Below, one piece after another: positions 47,224 to 58,830 of a stretch of 64,000 bases of DNA (within the stretch, counting starts at the first letter, position 1; each line of letters starts with the position of its first letter). The stretch lies in contig JAVKOQ020000005.1 in NCBI GenBank assembly GCA_031835245.2, positions 372,001-436,000 on the forward strand, written 5' to 3'. A program made the position numbers and the translations under genes. Below the pieces are notes generated by a model, which was not told the origin of the DNA, ran no database searches, and saw only the letters and a list, made by a program, of their open reading frames with translations. Origin of the DNA: Balamuthia mandrillaris. Its lineage: Eukaryota.

Positions 47224-50059
47224 TTACTTGACTTTGCTGCTTTTACCTTCCTTCTTGCTCTCTTTCTTCTCCTTCCTGGTGGGCGTTCCGCCAGAGGATG
47301 TTCGTGAGAGCGTCTCCTTCTTCTCCTTCTTTGTCGGCGAAGCTGATTTCTTTCCGCTTCCACCACCAACGATGCTGATGCTTCCACTCGAGCTCATGAT
47401 CAAACTTTGGGAGGAAGAGTTTAAACTAGGAGAGGAAGAATAGATGTTGTTTGCTGTCGAGCTTTCTCGACTCTCGGAAGAAGGAGAACGAGGAGAGACG
47501 GAGGAGGCAGAGGAGCGAGGAGAAGAAAGGACGGGAGAGGAAGGCGGGGAGGAACGCGGAGAGAAGCGAGGAGAAAAGCCTTTCGGCAAAGTTGCCACCA
47601 CGAAAGAAGCTCTTCTACGATGGCTCTTATCGCTGCTCTTGTTATTGCTGTTAGCTGAATTTGACGACGAAAGCGATCGCTTCTGTTCTTTATCTTCCTT
47701 TTCCTTTTCCTTTTCTTTTTCTTTGTGTTTGCCTTCTTTCAGTTGTTGATGAAGTAGTTGTTCCATTTTACGCCGCAACAACTCCGTTTCGGCCTGCAAC
47801 TTATCCATCTGTTGCTTCCACTGTTTGTCTTGCTCTCTCCATGCCGTCTCTTTGCTCTCCATTTCCTCTTTCATTCGCCGCTCCCTCCGCTCCCATTGCG
47901 CCTCTCTCCTCTGCCACCGCTCCATCCACTCCTTCTCTTTGTTCTCCCACTCGGAGCGTTGATAGCGCCAAAGCTGCTCTTTATCTCGCCACTCCATCGC
48001 TTGGCTCAGCCATTCCGCTCTTTCGACAAGCCAATCAGAGGACGAGCCGGTCATCACAGGATGACGATGATGTGAACGAGGAGAACGAGGAGAGCGATGC
48101 TGACGAGAACGAGATTTATGAGGACGAGAAGTGGAGTGATACTCACGAAGGATGCTGCGATCGGCTTGAGAGCTGTCCATGACATAAGAAGCGGAGAGAC
48201 GAGCGCGACGTTTCTCAATTTCGGCCCGTTGTTTCTTCTTTCGTTCCAGTCGGTTTCGTTGTTGGAAGAGTGGATTCATCACTACTTTCAGCTTGTTTTC
48301 TGTAATAGCCGGTGAAGAAGCGGAAGAAGTGGCCGTTCCTTCTCCTCCTCCACTTTCTTCTTTCTTGCTTCCTACATTTTCCTTGCTTTCTTCTTCTTCG
48401 CTGGAAGAAGAGGAAGAAGAGGAAGAAGAGGAAGAAATGGATTCCGAAGTGGTCGAATCTTCTTTATTGCCACTGCTATCGCCGCTGCCACTTCCGCTGC
48501 CGTTCTTATTTTTGTTGCCCTGAACGACCACACGCGGAATGACTTTTGGAGATGAAGAGGAAGATTTCTTTGGCGAAGAGGACCGAGCAGAAGAAGGAGT
48601 TCGGCTGGAAGGAGACGAAGAAGGAGAAGAGCGACGAGGAGAAGAGCGACGAGCAGAAGCCGATCCACTTATGCTGGAAGCGGTGGAGGAGATGGTCCGA
48701 ACCGCATCGGCTTGCTTATCTATAACTTTCTGCATGGCGATACGATAAAAATCTCTCGGAAGGCTCATCGTCTTTCGTCTTCGGCCAGTTGCAGGTTGGG
48801 ACTGCCCAGAAACAGACGAAGAAGCGGAAGATGCAGAGGAAGAAGGAATGGGTGCGGAGGGTGATGAAAGAGACGGTGGAGGAGCGATAGGTGAAGGAGA
48901 GGGAACATAAGACAAAGGATCATCTGCAGCGAGTACGTTGGTACCAGTATACAAGAGAGCTGGCGGTTGAATTGGCGTTTCGTCGTCCTCTTCATTATTA
49001 CTACTTCCTTCCTCTTCAGCATCAGATGATCCCTCCGTGCGATCTCCCGCCGTCAAGTCCAATTCCAACTCACATTCTTCCCAACCCCCATTTCCTCCGC
49101 TGCTTCCTCCACTGCTGCCTCGACTGTGAGAAATACGAGCGGAGAGCGAACCACTCGGTGCTCCTCCGCTTCCTCCACGAAGTGAGACGCTCCCTGAAGT
49201 GCCAAGAGCTAAAGAAGGGATCGGATGAGAGGAAGTAGAAGTATCGCTTTCGCTCTCAGAGTTTGGAAGGTGGCCACTGCCACCAAGAAAGCTGCCCCCA
49301 GCGCCCGTGACGGCAGAGAGTTGATAACGACGTGGATGCAGATATGGGTCCAACTTTTCGATGACTTTGCGAAGATCTTTAATTTTCTTTTCAATATCCA
49401 TCTTTTTTGAAATTTTGATTTAAGAAAAAAAAAAGGTGAGGAAACGCAAAGGGAAAAAAAGGCAACCACACAGAAAGGAAAAAAAGGAGAGAGAGAGAGA
49501 GAGAGAGAGAGAACATACTTTGTTTTCAGGGGAGATAGGTTGAGGAGGCACAAGGTTATCTTCTACGACAGAGAGGTAGAGCGTGGTATAGTGGTGAAGA
49601 ATCCAGACGGCCTTGTTCAACACTTCTTTGGAAATGGCTTTTCCGGATTTATCTTGCGTTACAGAGCTCATGTCGTCTTTTGCATTACTGCGTGATGAAG
49701 ATGGCGCCTATAATTTTTTCAAATAATTGCAGTTGAAATGGTGACAAACGTAAGTCAGGAGGTGTTAAAAAAGAAACATAATTGACAAAGCCAGAAGATA
49801 AACGACAATGATAAGAAAGACACAAAGGAAAGTAAAGAAAAGAAGGTTGAGGAAAAAGAAAGTATTACAGAGAGCGTGCTGAAATAGGCGAGAACAGTAG
49901 GCTGATGTTTTTGGAGAAACGGGTTCAATCGCATCATGTAGGACTCTTTTTCGCCAAATTTTACGCCGGTTGCCAGTGCTTGCAGCAACTTTGAGACCAA
50001 AACGAGTCCTCGCAATACTCGTGGCGTTGGTGGCGCTTTGATGAACAAAATAAGACCAC

Positions 50060-50098
<39 letters not shown>

Positions 50099-50772
50099 AA
50101 AAAAGTACTTGGTTGAAGACCAAAGACGTGGGGGCTAGCGATGGCAGGACAAAAGAAACGCAGAAAGATGAATGACCCAACTATGTTCTCCTCTTTCTCA
50201 GGAAAACGAGTCCTCATTGCTGTCGCCATGCAAGCGCATATTGCTCTAAATGAACTGCGCTCAAAAAAAACAAACAAACAAGTCCATTAGTGTGAAAGGA
50301 GGAGAAAGCAAAAAGGTTCAAACCTAGGGCATTGATCAACGCTTTCCATGAGAGAGGAGACAAAAAGTTCAGCAGCTGAGGTTAGTCGAATGAGATTGTC
50401 CTGAAGGTTATCCTTTGGACCTGGTGCGCGAATACGGTGTGGGTCCACCTCGAAGGAATACTCCTTGCCAACGGTGGCCAGTTCGGAGATACCTTTGTAA
50501 AGAACGGTGTTGAGATAGGCCATACCTCGTTTCTTGGCGTAGTTGGCTAACAGACGGGAGACGAAGCTGTTTGTGGAGAAGAGAGCATCGCTTTCTTCTT
50601 GTCCCGCTTCGACTTTCCTTTCTGTGGTTGCGGGGTTGGGAAACGATGAGTTGGTAAGGAGAAGATAGAAAAAGGACTTTGAGAAAAACTGGAGAGTGAA
50701 CACTGAATAAAAAGAGGAGAAGAAAGACGCGAAAAAGAGTAGAGAGAACGAGAGAGAGAGAGAGAACGAGAG

Positions 50773-50815
<43 letters not shown>

Positions 50816-51274
50816 AGTAGCACAGTAGCACAGTAGAGAACGCGAGCGAGAGAAGCAAGGAAGAGAGCGGCAAAGGAGTAGAGAGTGGACAGAAGAGAGA
50901 ACAGAAACAAAAACAAACCCATGAGAGCCACTTCGTGATGGATGGCCGAGGTGACCAGCTCGAGGCTGCGGCCCTCATTCTCAAAGATGGTGAGCAGGGC
51001 CTCGATGACTTCCGGCGACTCCTCCTCCCTCACCGACTTGGCGATGGCGTGCACCAGGTGAAGGTCCGGAGCTAACAACAACTGTTTGGGCAAAAAAAAT
51101 AAATAAAGTGATCAGATGACAAAAAGAGTAGCAGAAATCAAATGGCGAACAAACAAAAAAAAAGTAAGAGAAGAGAAGAGAAGAGAAGATGAAAAAAAGA
51201 AGAAGAAAAAAAACCTTTTCAAACTCTTTCAAAGGGTAGAGCGGCTTCATGCCGGAAGAAGGCCATCCCGCCAT
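47224..51274 (-). CDS. RasGAP-domain protein with long Ser-rich/coiled-coil C-terminus
   Basis: FEVDP, GSFIFLRFFCPAIASP and SKLLQALATGVKFGEKESYM motifs. Confidence 0.9.
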
Positions 51275-51924
51275 TTCTTCTCCCCGGAACGAATGAACGA
51301 ATGATTTCGAAACAGTTTTTTTTTTTTTGTTTGTTGCGTAGGTGTGGCTGGCTTCGTTCGGATCAATGGTTCCGTTCCGGTCTAATGGGTCTAACGTTGC
51401 GTTTCCTCCTTCTTCCAGAGAGAAAAAAAAATAATTTGCCAGCCAGCCACCACCCACCACTCGACTTTTTGATGACGTGCCTTCCTCCGGGAAGGTGGTT
51501 GCAACCTAGCGCGCGCCTCCTCCTCTCTCTCTCTCTCTGTTCTTTTGGGTCGTCAAACAAACGATAATTATTCAAATATTCAAAAATTCAAAAGAAAAAT
51601 GTCGACAATGAATGACTGTGTACACCCCAGAGGGGTACCCCCTGTGGGGAGATACTGTCCAATCTGGAAAGCGCTCCATGCAACTCGATCAGAGTGGACG
51701 GGTTCGGACCCCCGGAAAATTCCACGTACTACCCGATGAGATTAAAAACTGGACGGATAACCGAGACAGGGGAAAATATGTCCAAATTCGGCACGTCCTA
51801 GTAGCGTGGCTTGGCGGAGGGACGGGAACCTACACGGAAGATCAGACCCGAATAAACCGATAAATAGGGAGAGCAATCATTGCTCTCATAACAATAATAA
51901 AAGAAAGAGAGAAGGAAAAGAAAC

Positions 51925-51965
<41 letters not shown>

Positions 51966-52248
51966 CACGTTTGGCAAAAAAAAAAAGATCAACCTGCCTG
52001 TTGTCGTTTGCCACCGTGAACCTTATCGTTGTTTTTAAAGAAAAAAAAAAGGTATTACTGCTCTCTTTCTTCTTCTTCTTCTTCTTCTTCTTCTGGCAAA
52101 GATTTCAATCCTTCGAAGGAACGGATGACCACTTATTCTTTTTTTTTTTTTAAAAAAAAAAGAAGCCGATTCGAACGAAAGATTTAAACTTGTTTCTTCT
52201 CTCTTCTCTCTAAACTTTTTTTGTAGCTCAAAGAAAAATTTTAAAAAG

Positions 52249-53496
52249 ATGAGCGCACCAGAGTCTCAGGAGTGGAAGAAAGTGACGGAGGAGCAGGTCC
52301 TCGAGTTCCAGCACAAGCAGCACGCCGTGAAGCGCTGGATCGAGAACATCCTCGACATTGAGCTCGAGTCCGAGGACCTCAGCCAGCCGCTGCGCAACGG
52401 CGTCATCCTCTGCTACCTCATGCGCCGCCTGGACAAGAGCCTGATCCCGCGCATCCAGGAGGAGACCGACCAGATGTTCAAGCTCAGGGAGAACGTGGAG
52501 TTCTTCGTGGCGGCCTGCGAGGACATGGGGGTGCCCCCCTACCAGCTCTTCAAGGGCCCCGACCTCTACAACGGGCGCAGCATCGTGAACGTGGTGGAGG
52601 GCCTGGCCGCCCTGGCCAAGCTCGTGCAGGAGCAGTTTGAGGAGGCGCCGGCGCTGGAGCTGGATCCAGAACCGGGGTGGAAGCCCCCGGCGCTCACCGC
52701 GGAGGAGAAGAACAACCTGAAGAAGCTGCTGTCCAAGGTCAAGACCAAGAGGGTGCAGGGCAAGCACGTCAAGATGAGCGCGGCCATTGTGAGAAAGAAG
52801 CTGGAGCTTATGGCTGGCAATGGAGTGGATGGTTTCTTTCTTCTTCCCTCTTCCTTCTTACTTCTATCTTCTTTCTTGTCGTTTCTTTCTTTCTTCTTTC
52901 TTCTTTCTTCTATCTTCTCTCTTCTTCTCTCTTGTTACTTATGGTATTAACGATTGTGAATTAGTCAACAAATACGTACCAGGCTTTAAACGCTTCCAAT
53001 CAGTGTTGCGTGGGCATCAACAACGCCAAAAGTACATCAAAATGGGTACACACTCCCTCCTCGTCTCTCTGGTCAACGAGAAACAAAGACTAATTGGGTG
53101 GTGTCTCTCTCTCTCTCTCCTGTTCTCTCGCTTCAAATAATAAGTGCGTAATGTGGCCTACCGAGACCACGTTGCACACGAGATTCTTGAAACAGAACGC
53201 GGTTATGTAACCAGCTTGGGCAATTGTATTAATGTATGCTCTTCTTTCTTTCTGGTGTCTTTTTGTGATTATTTCTGATCCGCTTTTTGTGATTCAAACA
53301 ACAGGTATGGCTAAAACCATTGAACGAAATGGCAAATGCTGGAAAACCGCTCATATCGAAAGAAGACATTCGTGCCATCTTCTCTGATATCTCCGTCATT
53401 CATCAGTTCAACACGGCTCTCTTGGAGACTTTAACGGAGCGTGTTGCTCAATGGCATACCTTTGCTTGTATGGGAGATTTGTTCTTGCGGATTGTA

Positions 53497-53533
<37 letters not shown>

Positions 53534-54632
53534 ACAATCTTAACAAAAACACAAACAAACCACAACAGATCGACTTTTTCAAAGTGTACACACAATACGT
53601 TCAAAACTTTAACACAGCAATGGCAGCGCTTGAACGCGTTAGCAAAAAGAAAGCTGTTGTCACTTATTTCAACGTATCTCTCTCTCTCTTCCTCGTCTTT
53701 CGTTACTCTTTTTTTGAAGTGAATAAAGCGATTAAGCCAAGCAAACGATAACAGAAATGCAAAGACCATCCTGAATGCGGCAAGTTGGATTTACCTTCTT
53801 TCCTTATCATGCCCGTTCAACGAATTCCTCGTTACAATCTTCTGCTTTCGGTATTGCGTGCTCACTTCCTTTCTTCTTTCAACAAAACTGACAACAAAAA
53901 ATAAATAAACAGGATTTAGTAAGACACACGTGGCCAGAGCATCCTGATCACAAGAACTTGGCGCTCGCCACAGAGAGAATTCAAGATGTAGCTGCCTACA
54001 TTAACGAGAAGAAACGTGAGGCAGAGGATGTCTCCACCACCATCGCTGTTTCTCGCCGAATCACCGGCAAAAACTTTAAGGTTCTTTGCTCTTTCTTATT
54101 CCTTTCCTTCTTTCTGCTTTCTTCTGTCTTTATGTGTTCTTTCATTTGTTCCCGCTTTTATTTATTGTGACAAAAAACAACAGATAAATATAGCAGAGCC
54201 TCACCGTCGCTTCGTGAGAGAGGGCTTCTTCAATGCAGGCAGCAAAGAAGAGCTCGTTATCTACATCTTCAACGACATGATCGTGGTGGCCAAACCCGGC
54301 AAGAAGCTGTTGGCCGACAAAGCCAACACCAAATACAAAGATTCCTTCAAGCTCACCGTCCTCGAAGCTCGTGAAGTTCCAAAGAGTACTTTCGCATTCT
54401 TTCTTCTTCCTCTCTTTTTGTCATTTTCTTTTTGGTTTATTTTATTGGCTCACAAAAAACCAAATACTATTAGTTCCAAATACTTTTGAACTGTTGAAGC
54501 AAGGAACGGACAAAGTGGTGCTTCGTGCCACCGCTGCCTCCAAGCAGGAAATGGACGATTTCCTCAACGACTTCAATACCTACAAAAAAGATGCTGCAGA
54601 CGCCAAAAAATCAAAACCTGGTTTATTTCCTT

Positions 54633-54677
<45 letters not shown>

Positions 54678-56119
54678 TATTAAAGAATGATAACTAATGT
54701 TATCAAACAAACAAACAAAACAGGAGCAAAAAGATTAGGAGACCAAGGCACAAAAGTGACTGTAGAGCAACGCCTTCGCGGCGAGGTCGGTGACCTTGAG
54801 CAACAAATGGGGGCCCTTAAATCCAGACAAGCTGCCATCGTCTCCCAAATATCCGAGTTGGAGGAATTCCTCAACACGCAAGACAAAAAGAAAAGGAAGA
54901 AGCAGACCAAGCAACAGCGAAAGGAGGCGGAGGAGAAGTTGGTACAGTTGACGGAAGAGTTGGACGAGCTCAATGCTGACATCGGACAGATGGAAGCCAG
55001 AGCCAAGAAGAGCCGCACCTCCCAACTTATACGTAAACAGACAACATTGGCTCCCGGTGAGGGCGGTAGCAAAGATGCAACGCCACGCAACAGCATTGGT
55101 CCTGCTTCTGCAAGATCACCAAGTGGCGCTTCCGAACAACACAAACAACAGCTTCCTTCTTCTCTCTCCTCTCCCTCCACCTCTGCTTCTACCTCTTCAT
55201 CTACTTCTACTCCCTCTTCCTCTATCATATCGAATGCATCTGATGCTCCTTCTACCATCACCACTATTAGTGCTTCTACAAATACAACGGAGGCTGAAGG
55301 CAACAACAGCACTAATAACGAGAATACCGATGAGGTTACATCAAGTGGCTCAATAGCTGCTGTTGGAGCAGGAACCAGGCTCTCCAGAAAAGAAGAAAAG
55401 GAGAGAAAGAAGAAGGAAAAGTTGGACGCAAAGAAGAAGAAGCAGGAGGAGAAGCGGCAAAAGAGAGCCTCTAAACTTCCTGGCTTTAGGCTCTCCAAGA
55501 AACCAGCCAAGAAAGAAGAGGCCAACAATGCAGACTCCTCTGATCAAGAAGATGACTCTGCTGCCGCTGTTGCTTCTCAGGACTCGCTCACCGCGGAGAA
55601 AGCTCAACAAGCTGAAAGTGAAAACGAAACAACAAAGAAAGAAGGAGGTGAGAGCGAAGATAGCAAAGCGACGAGCGAGGCAACGAAAGCGGAAGCCGCG
55701 ACTGCTGCCACTGAAACGGAAGGAAGCAGCAGCGCTGTTGGACCTGATGGCCAGAAGTATTATACTTTGGTGGAACTAAGGAAGCGGCCTCCTGGCCTTG
55801 ATCATAGCAAGCTGGAGGTAGGCTTTACTCCTCTCTCCTCTCTCCTCTCTCCTCTCTCCTCTCTCCTCTCTCTCTTCTCCTTCTCTCTCTTCTGTACTCT
55901 CTCCTCTCTCCTCTCTCCTCTCTCCTCTCTGTCTCTCTTCTCCTTCTCTCTCTTCTCTGCATCACGCTTTTTTCTTTATCTGTTTGCTAATTATCTTTGT
56001 TCATTAGTCCTATTTGAGCCCAGAGGAATTCCAGCAAACATTCGGTTGTTCCCTCGAAGAGTTTTTGTCTTCCCCAGTGGAAACAAAAGCAGTTCAAGAA
56101 CCAACAAACCATCCTCTAA
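52249..56119 (+). CDS. CH-IQ-DH(RhoGEF)-PH-coiled-coil-villin headpiece protein
   Basis: LRNGVILC (CH), FQSVLRGHQQR (IQ), EILETERGYV and LIMPVQRIPRYNLLL (DH), IFNDMIVVAK (PH), KLESYLSPEEFQQTFG (headpiece). Confidence 0.9.
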
Positions 56120-56282
56120 ACTGAACGACAACAAAACTTACCTTTATTTCTCTATTTTTCAATATTAACTTTTTTTTTCCTTGTTCTCTCTCTCTCTCTT
56201 TTTCTCTCTCTCTCTGTTCAACCGCCTTTTTTTTTCCAACTCACTTTTTTTACTTGAAAAACTTGATATTAGATAGGTTTTT

Positions 56283-57947
56283 TTAGAGGACAAGGGCTTC
56301 CACCAAGTTATCCACCTCCAAGCAAAAGTCCTCCAAGCATCCCTCGTTGAATGCCTGCAGCTCCTCGATCGCCAGGCTCAAGTCCAGGTCCTCCTCCTCT
56401 GCCTCCGTCAAAGCCACCATGGCGGCATCGATCTTGGCATCCAGGTCCTGAAGGGACTTGATGGTGACCTCCAAGTCATACAGCAGGATGATCTTGTCCA
56501 GCTGCGCCTCGTCATAGTGGCCATAGTGTCCCGTCTCGGGGATGCAGACGCACGAGGTGCCGTCCCCGCCGCAGATTTCGCACTCGTCCTCCACCTGGCC
56601 GCTGCCAAAGTTGCCGTCGCAGCCGATGCAGTGGTTCTGGCCGTTGCAGACGTCGCAGCCATCCAGCACGGCGCCAGAGCCGAGCTCGCCGTCGCAGCCC
56701 ACGGCCGGTTGGATGTGGATGCGCAGCACGGTGGGCGCCGAGGTGTGGGCCACCGTGTTGTCGTTTTGGACGTAGAAGGAGAGCTCGTCGTCGGCGCCCT
56801 CCACGGGGTCCACCGCCCCGGAGCTCTGGTAGACGATCGTGTCAGCGTAGAGAGGCTCGTTCAGGGTGACGGGTTCCAGGCGAACGCCGTTCCTGGAGAC
56901 CCAGACCTGGGAGCCCTCCCTGCTGGGGAGGGCGGAGATGAACCAGGCGAGGGGCTTTTCCACGGGGTCGGAGGCTTGCAGGCGGATCTCGGTGCGCACG
57001 CCCTGCACCACCGTCACCGTCTGCGGGAGGCTGGGCACGCCAGAGTTGGCGTAGGCCACGTTCTCGACGAGGCCGTGGTGCTGGGAGGGGCCCTCTGGGA
57101 GGAGGGTGGGGCCCTCGATGCGTTGGTTGACGCGGTAATAGCCGAGGAGGCCGGGCTCCTCGCCGGTGAGGATCTTGAAGCGGTCGGCGGCCACCTCCTC
57201 GGCCGTCCTGTAGACGTCCCAGAAGCGGATCTCGTCCATCCAGCCGAACCAGGCCTGCTCCTCGGGGTTCACGTAGCGGCCGAGGTAGATGGGGTTGGTC
57301 TGGCTGAGGTCCTGCCTGTAGCGGGGTCCCGTCTGGACGATGCCCTCCGTGTTCCAGCCGTCCTCCTCCTCGCCCACCAGCACACCGTCCAGGTAGATCT
57401 GGGTGATGTCGGGGGCGGTGGCCCCCAGGGGGGTCCTGAAGGAGAAGGCCACGTGCTGCCACACGTTGGGCAGGAAGGGCGCCTCCGAGTAGACCTCGGC
57501 GCCGTAGATGTTAAAGATGTTGGGGTTGCGCCCGCCCATGAAGAAGTTGAGCCGCCCGCCGGCCTGCACCTGGAAGTTCCAGTCGGCAAAGGCGTTGGTG
57601 TGGTTGATCTGAGGGTAATCCGAGATGATGGCGGGGCTGTCAGGCTCTCGGAACCTGGAGCACATGCTCTTGTAGCGGCCGTCCTCGGTCACAGGCAGGG
57701 AGACCCAAGCCTCGAAGGTGGCGTTGCCGGTGACGAGCCTGGAGAGTGAGTCGAAGCGGACCTGTTGGCCTACGCCGCTAAAGCGGAGGGCGCGCCCAGC
57801 TGTACCAGCAGCTGGGGCGATCTCGGCCCTCACCTCTGCCACTACCATCAAAAACGCCGTCAACGCCACCACCATCAGCGTCATCTTCTCTGCGTAACTT
57901 TGAGTCGTCCTCATCGATCTGTTTGTGCTCCGTTTTATTGTTGTCAT
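56283..57947 (-). CDS. Secreted LamG/concanavalin-A-like protein with Ig/cadherin-like domain, Cys-rich repeats and acidic helical C-terminus
   Basis: Signal peptide, ALRFSG, TFEAWV, WQHVA, IYLDG and GWMDEIRFW motifs, and DGCDVCNG/DECEICGGDG repeats. Uninterrupted CDS with very high GC3. Confidence 0.85.
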   Translation of the reverse strand: MTTIKRSTNRSMRTTQSYAEKMTLMVVALTAFLMVVAEVRAEIAPAAGTAGRALRFSGVGQQVRFDSLSRLVTGNATFEAWVSLPVTEDGRYKSMCSRFREPDSPAIISDYPQINHTNAFADWNFQVQAGGRLNFFMGGRNPNIFNIYGAEVYSEAPFLPNVWQHVAFSFRTPLGATAPDITQIYLDGVLVGEEEDGWNTEGIVQTGPRYRQDLSQTNPIYLGRYVNPEEQAWFGWMDEIRFWDVYRTAEEVAADRFKILTGEEPGLLGYYRVNQRIEGPTLLPEGPSQHHGLVENVAYANSGVPSLPQTVTVVQGVRTEIRLQASDPVEKPLAWFISALPSREGSQVWVSRNGVRLEPVTLNEPLYADTIVYQSSGAVDPVEGADDELSFYVQNDNTVAHTSAPTVLRIHIQPAVGCDGELGSGAVLDGCDVCNGQNHCIGCDGNFGSGQVEDECEICGGDGTSCVCIPETGHYGHYDEAQLDKIILLYDLEVTIKSLQDLDAKIDAAMVALTEAEEEDLDLSLAIEELQAFNEGCLEDFCLEVDNLVEALVL

Positions 57948-58658
57948 CTTTCTTTCTTTTTGTTCAGTTATTTTTTGCTGTCTTTTTGTTCTGATCGGTG
58001 GTCCTCGCAGCACAAGAGTGGCTCACCGTCTGAGTAAAAACGAGAGAAGGAAGATTTCAAGAAAAGAAAGAAAACCAGAAGAAATAGGAACAAAAAAGAT
58101 TGGTCAGTACAACTGAAAGAGAGTAGCTGTTCCCTCCTTCCTCTCGGTCCTCTTCTATCTTGTCTCCTAACTTTTTTAAACGATGCTAACTGAACACAGT
58201 CCCTCTTCTTTACAGATCCTTCTCCTGCACTCTCATACAAATGAAATAAAGGATCTCCCCAACGAACCTTCTTTCCCAGGACCCCACAGAGAAAAAAAAA
58301 ACAGCACACCTCCCCCCCTTTGGTTCTATCCACAAAATAAAGTTTTAAGATTTTCCTTTCCTTTCTTTTTTGTTTTTTTGTTTAATTTTTTTTTTGTGCT
58401 CATCTGCCCCTTCCGCACAGTTGAGCCAAGTGACATCATCCAGCCTTCCTTTTTTGGCCTCAATCCGTTAATTCTGGCCAATCGCAATCCGCTTAGAAGG
58501 CTTAGCGGTTCTCTTAGAAAATGCTCCTCATGTCGACAAAAAAATCCCATCCGATAAAATAAAAAAATTATTATAATTTTTTTTTCTTCGCCACAAAAAA
58601 ATAAAGTAATGAACAAATAAATAAGCGCGTTGCATGTCTCTCGGTTGTGTAGTTGCTC

Positions 58659-58699
<41 letters not shown>

Positions 58700-58830
58700 T
58701 CGCTTGGTTTCCTGAATTGAAAAAGTTAAAGAAGGTAAAGAAAGAAAGAAACAACAAGAAAGAAAGTAAAGCAAGCAAGCACGAAACGACAAGAAAGAAA
58801 CAAGAAAAGAGTACCTTTTCCTTTCTTTCT

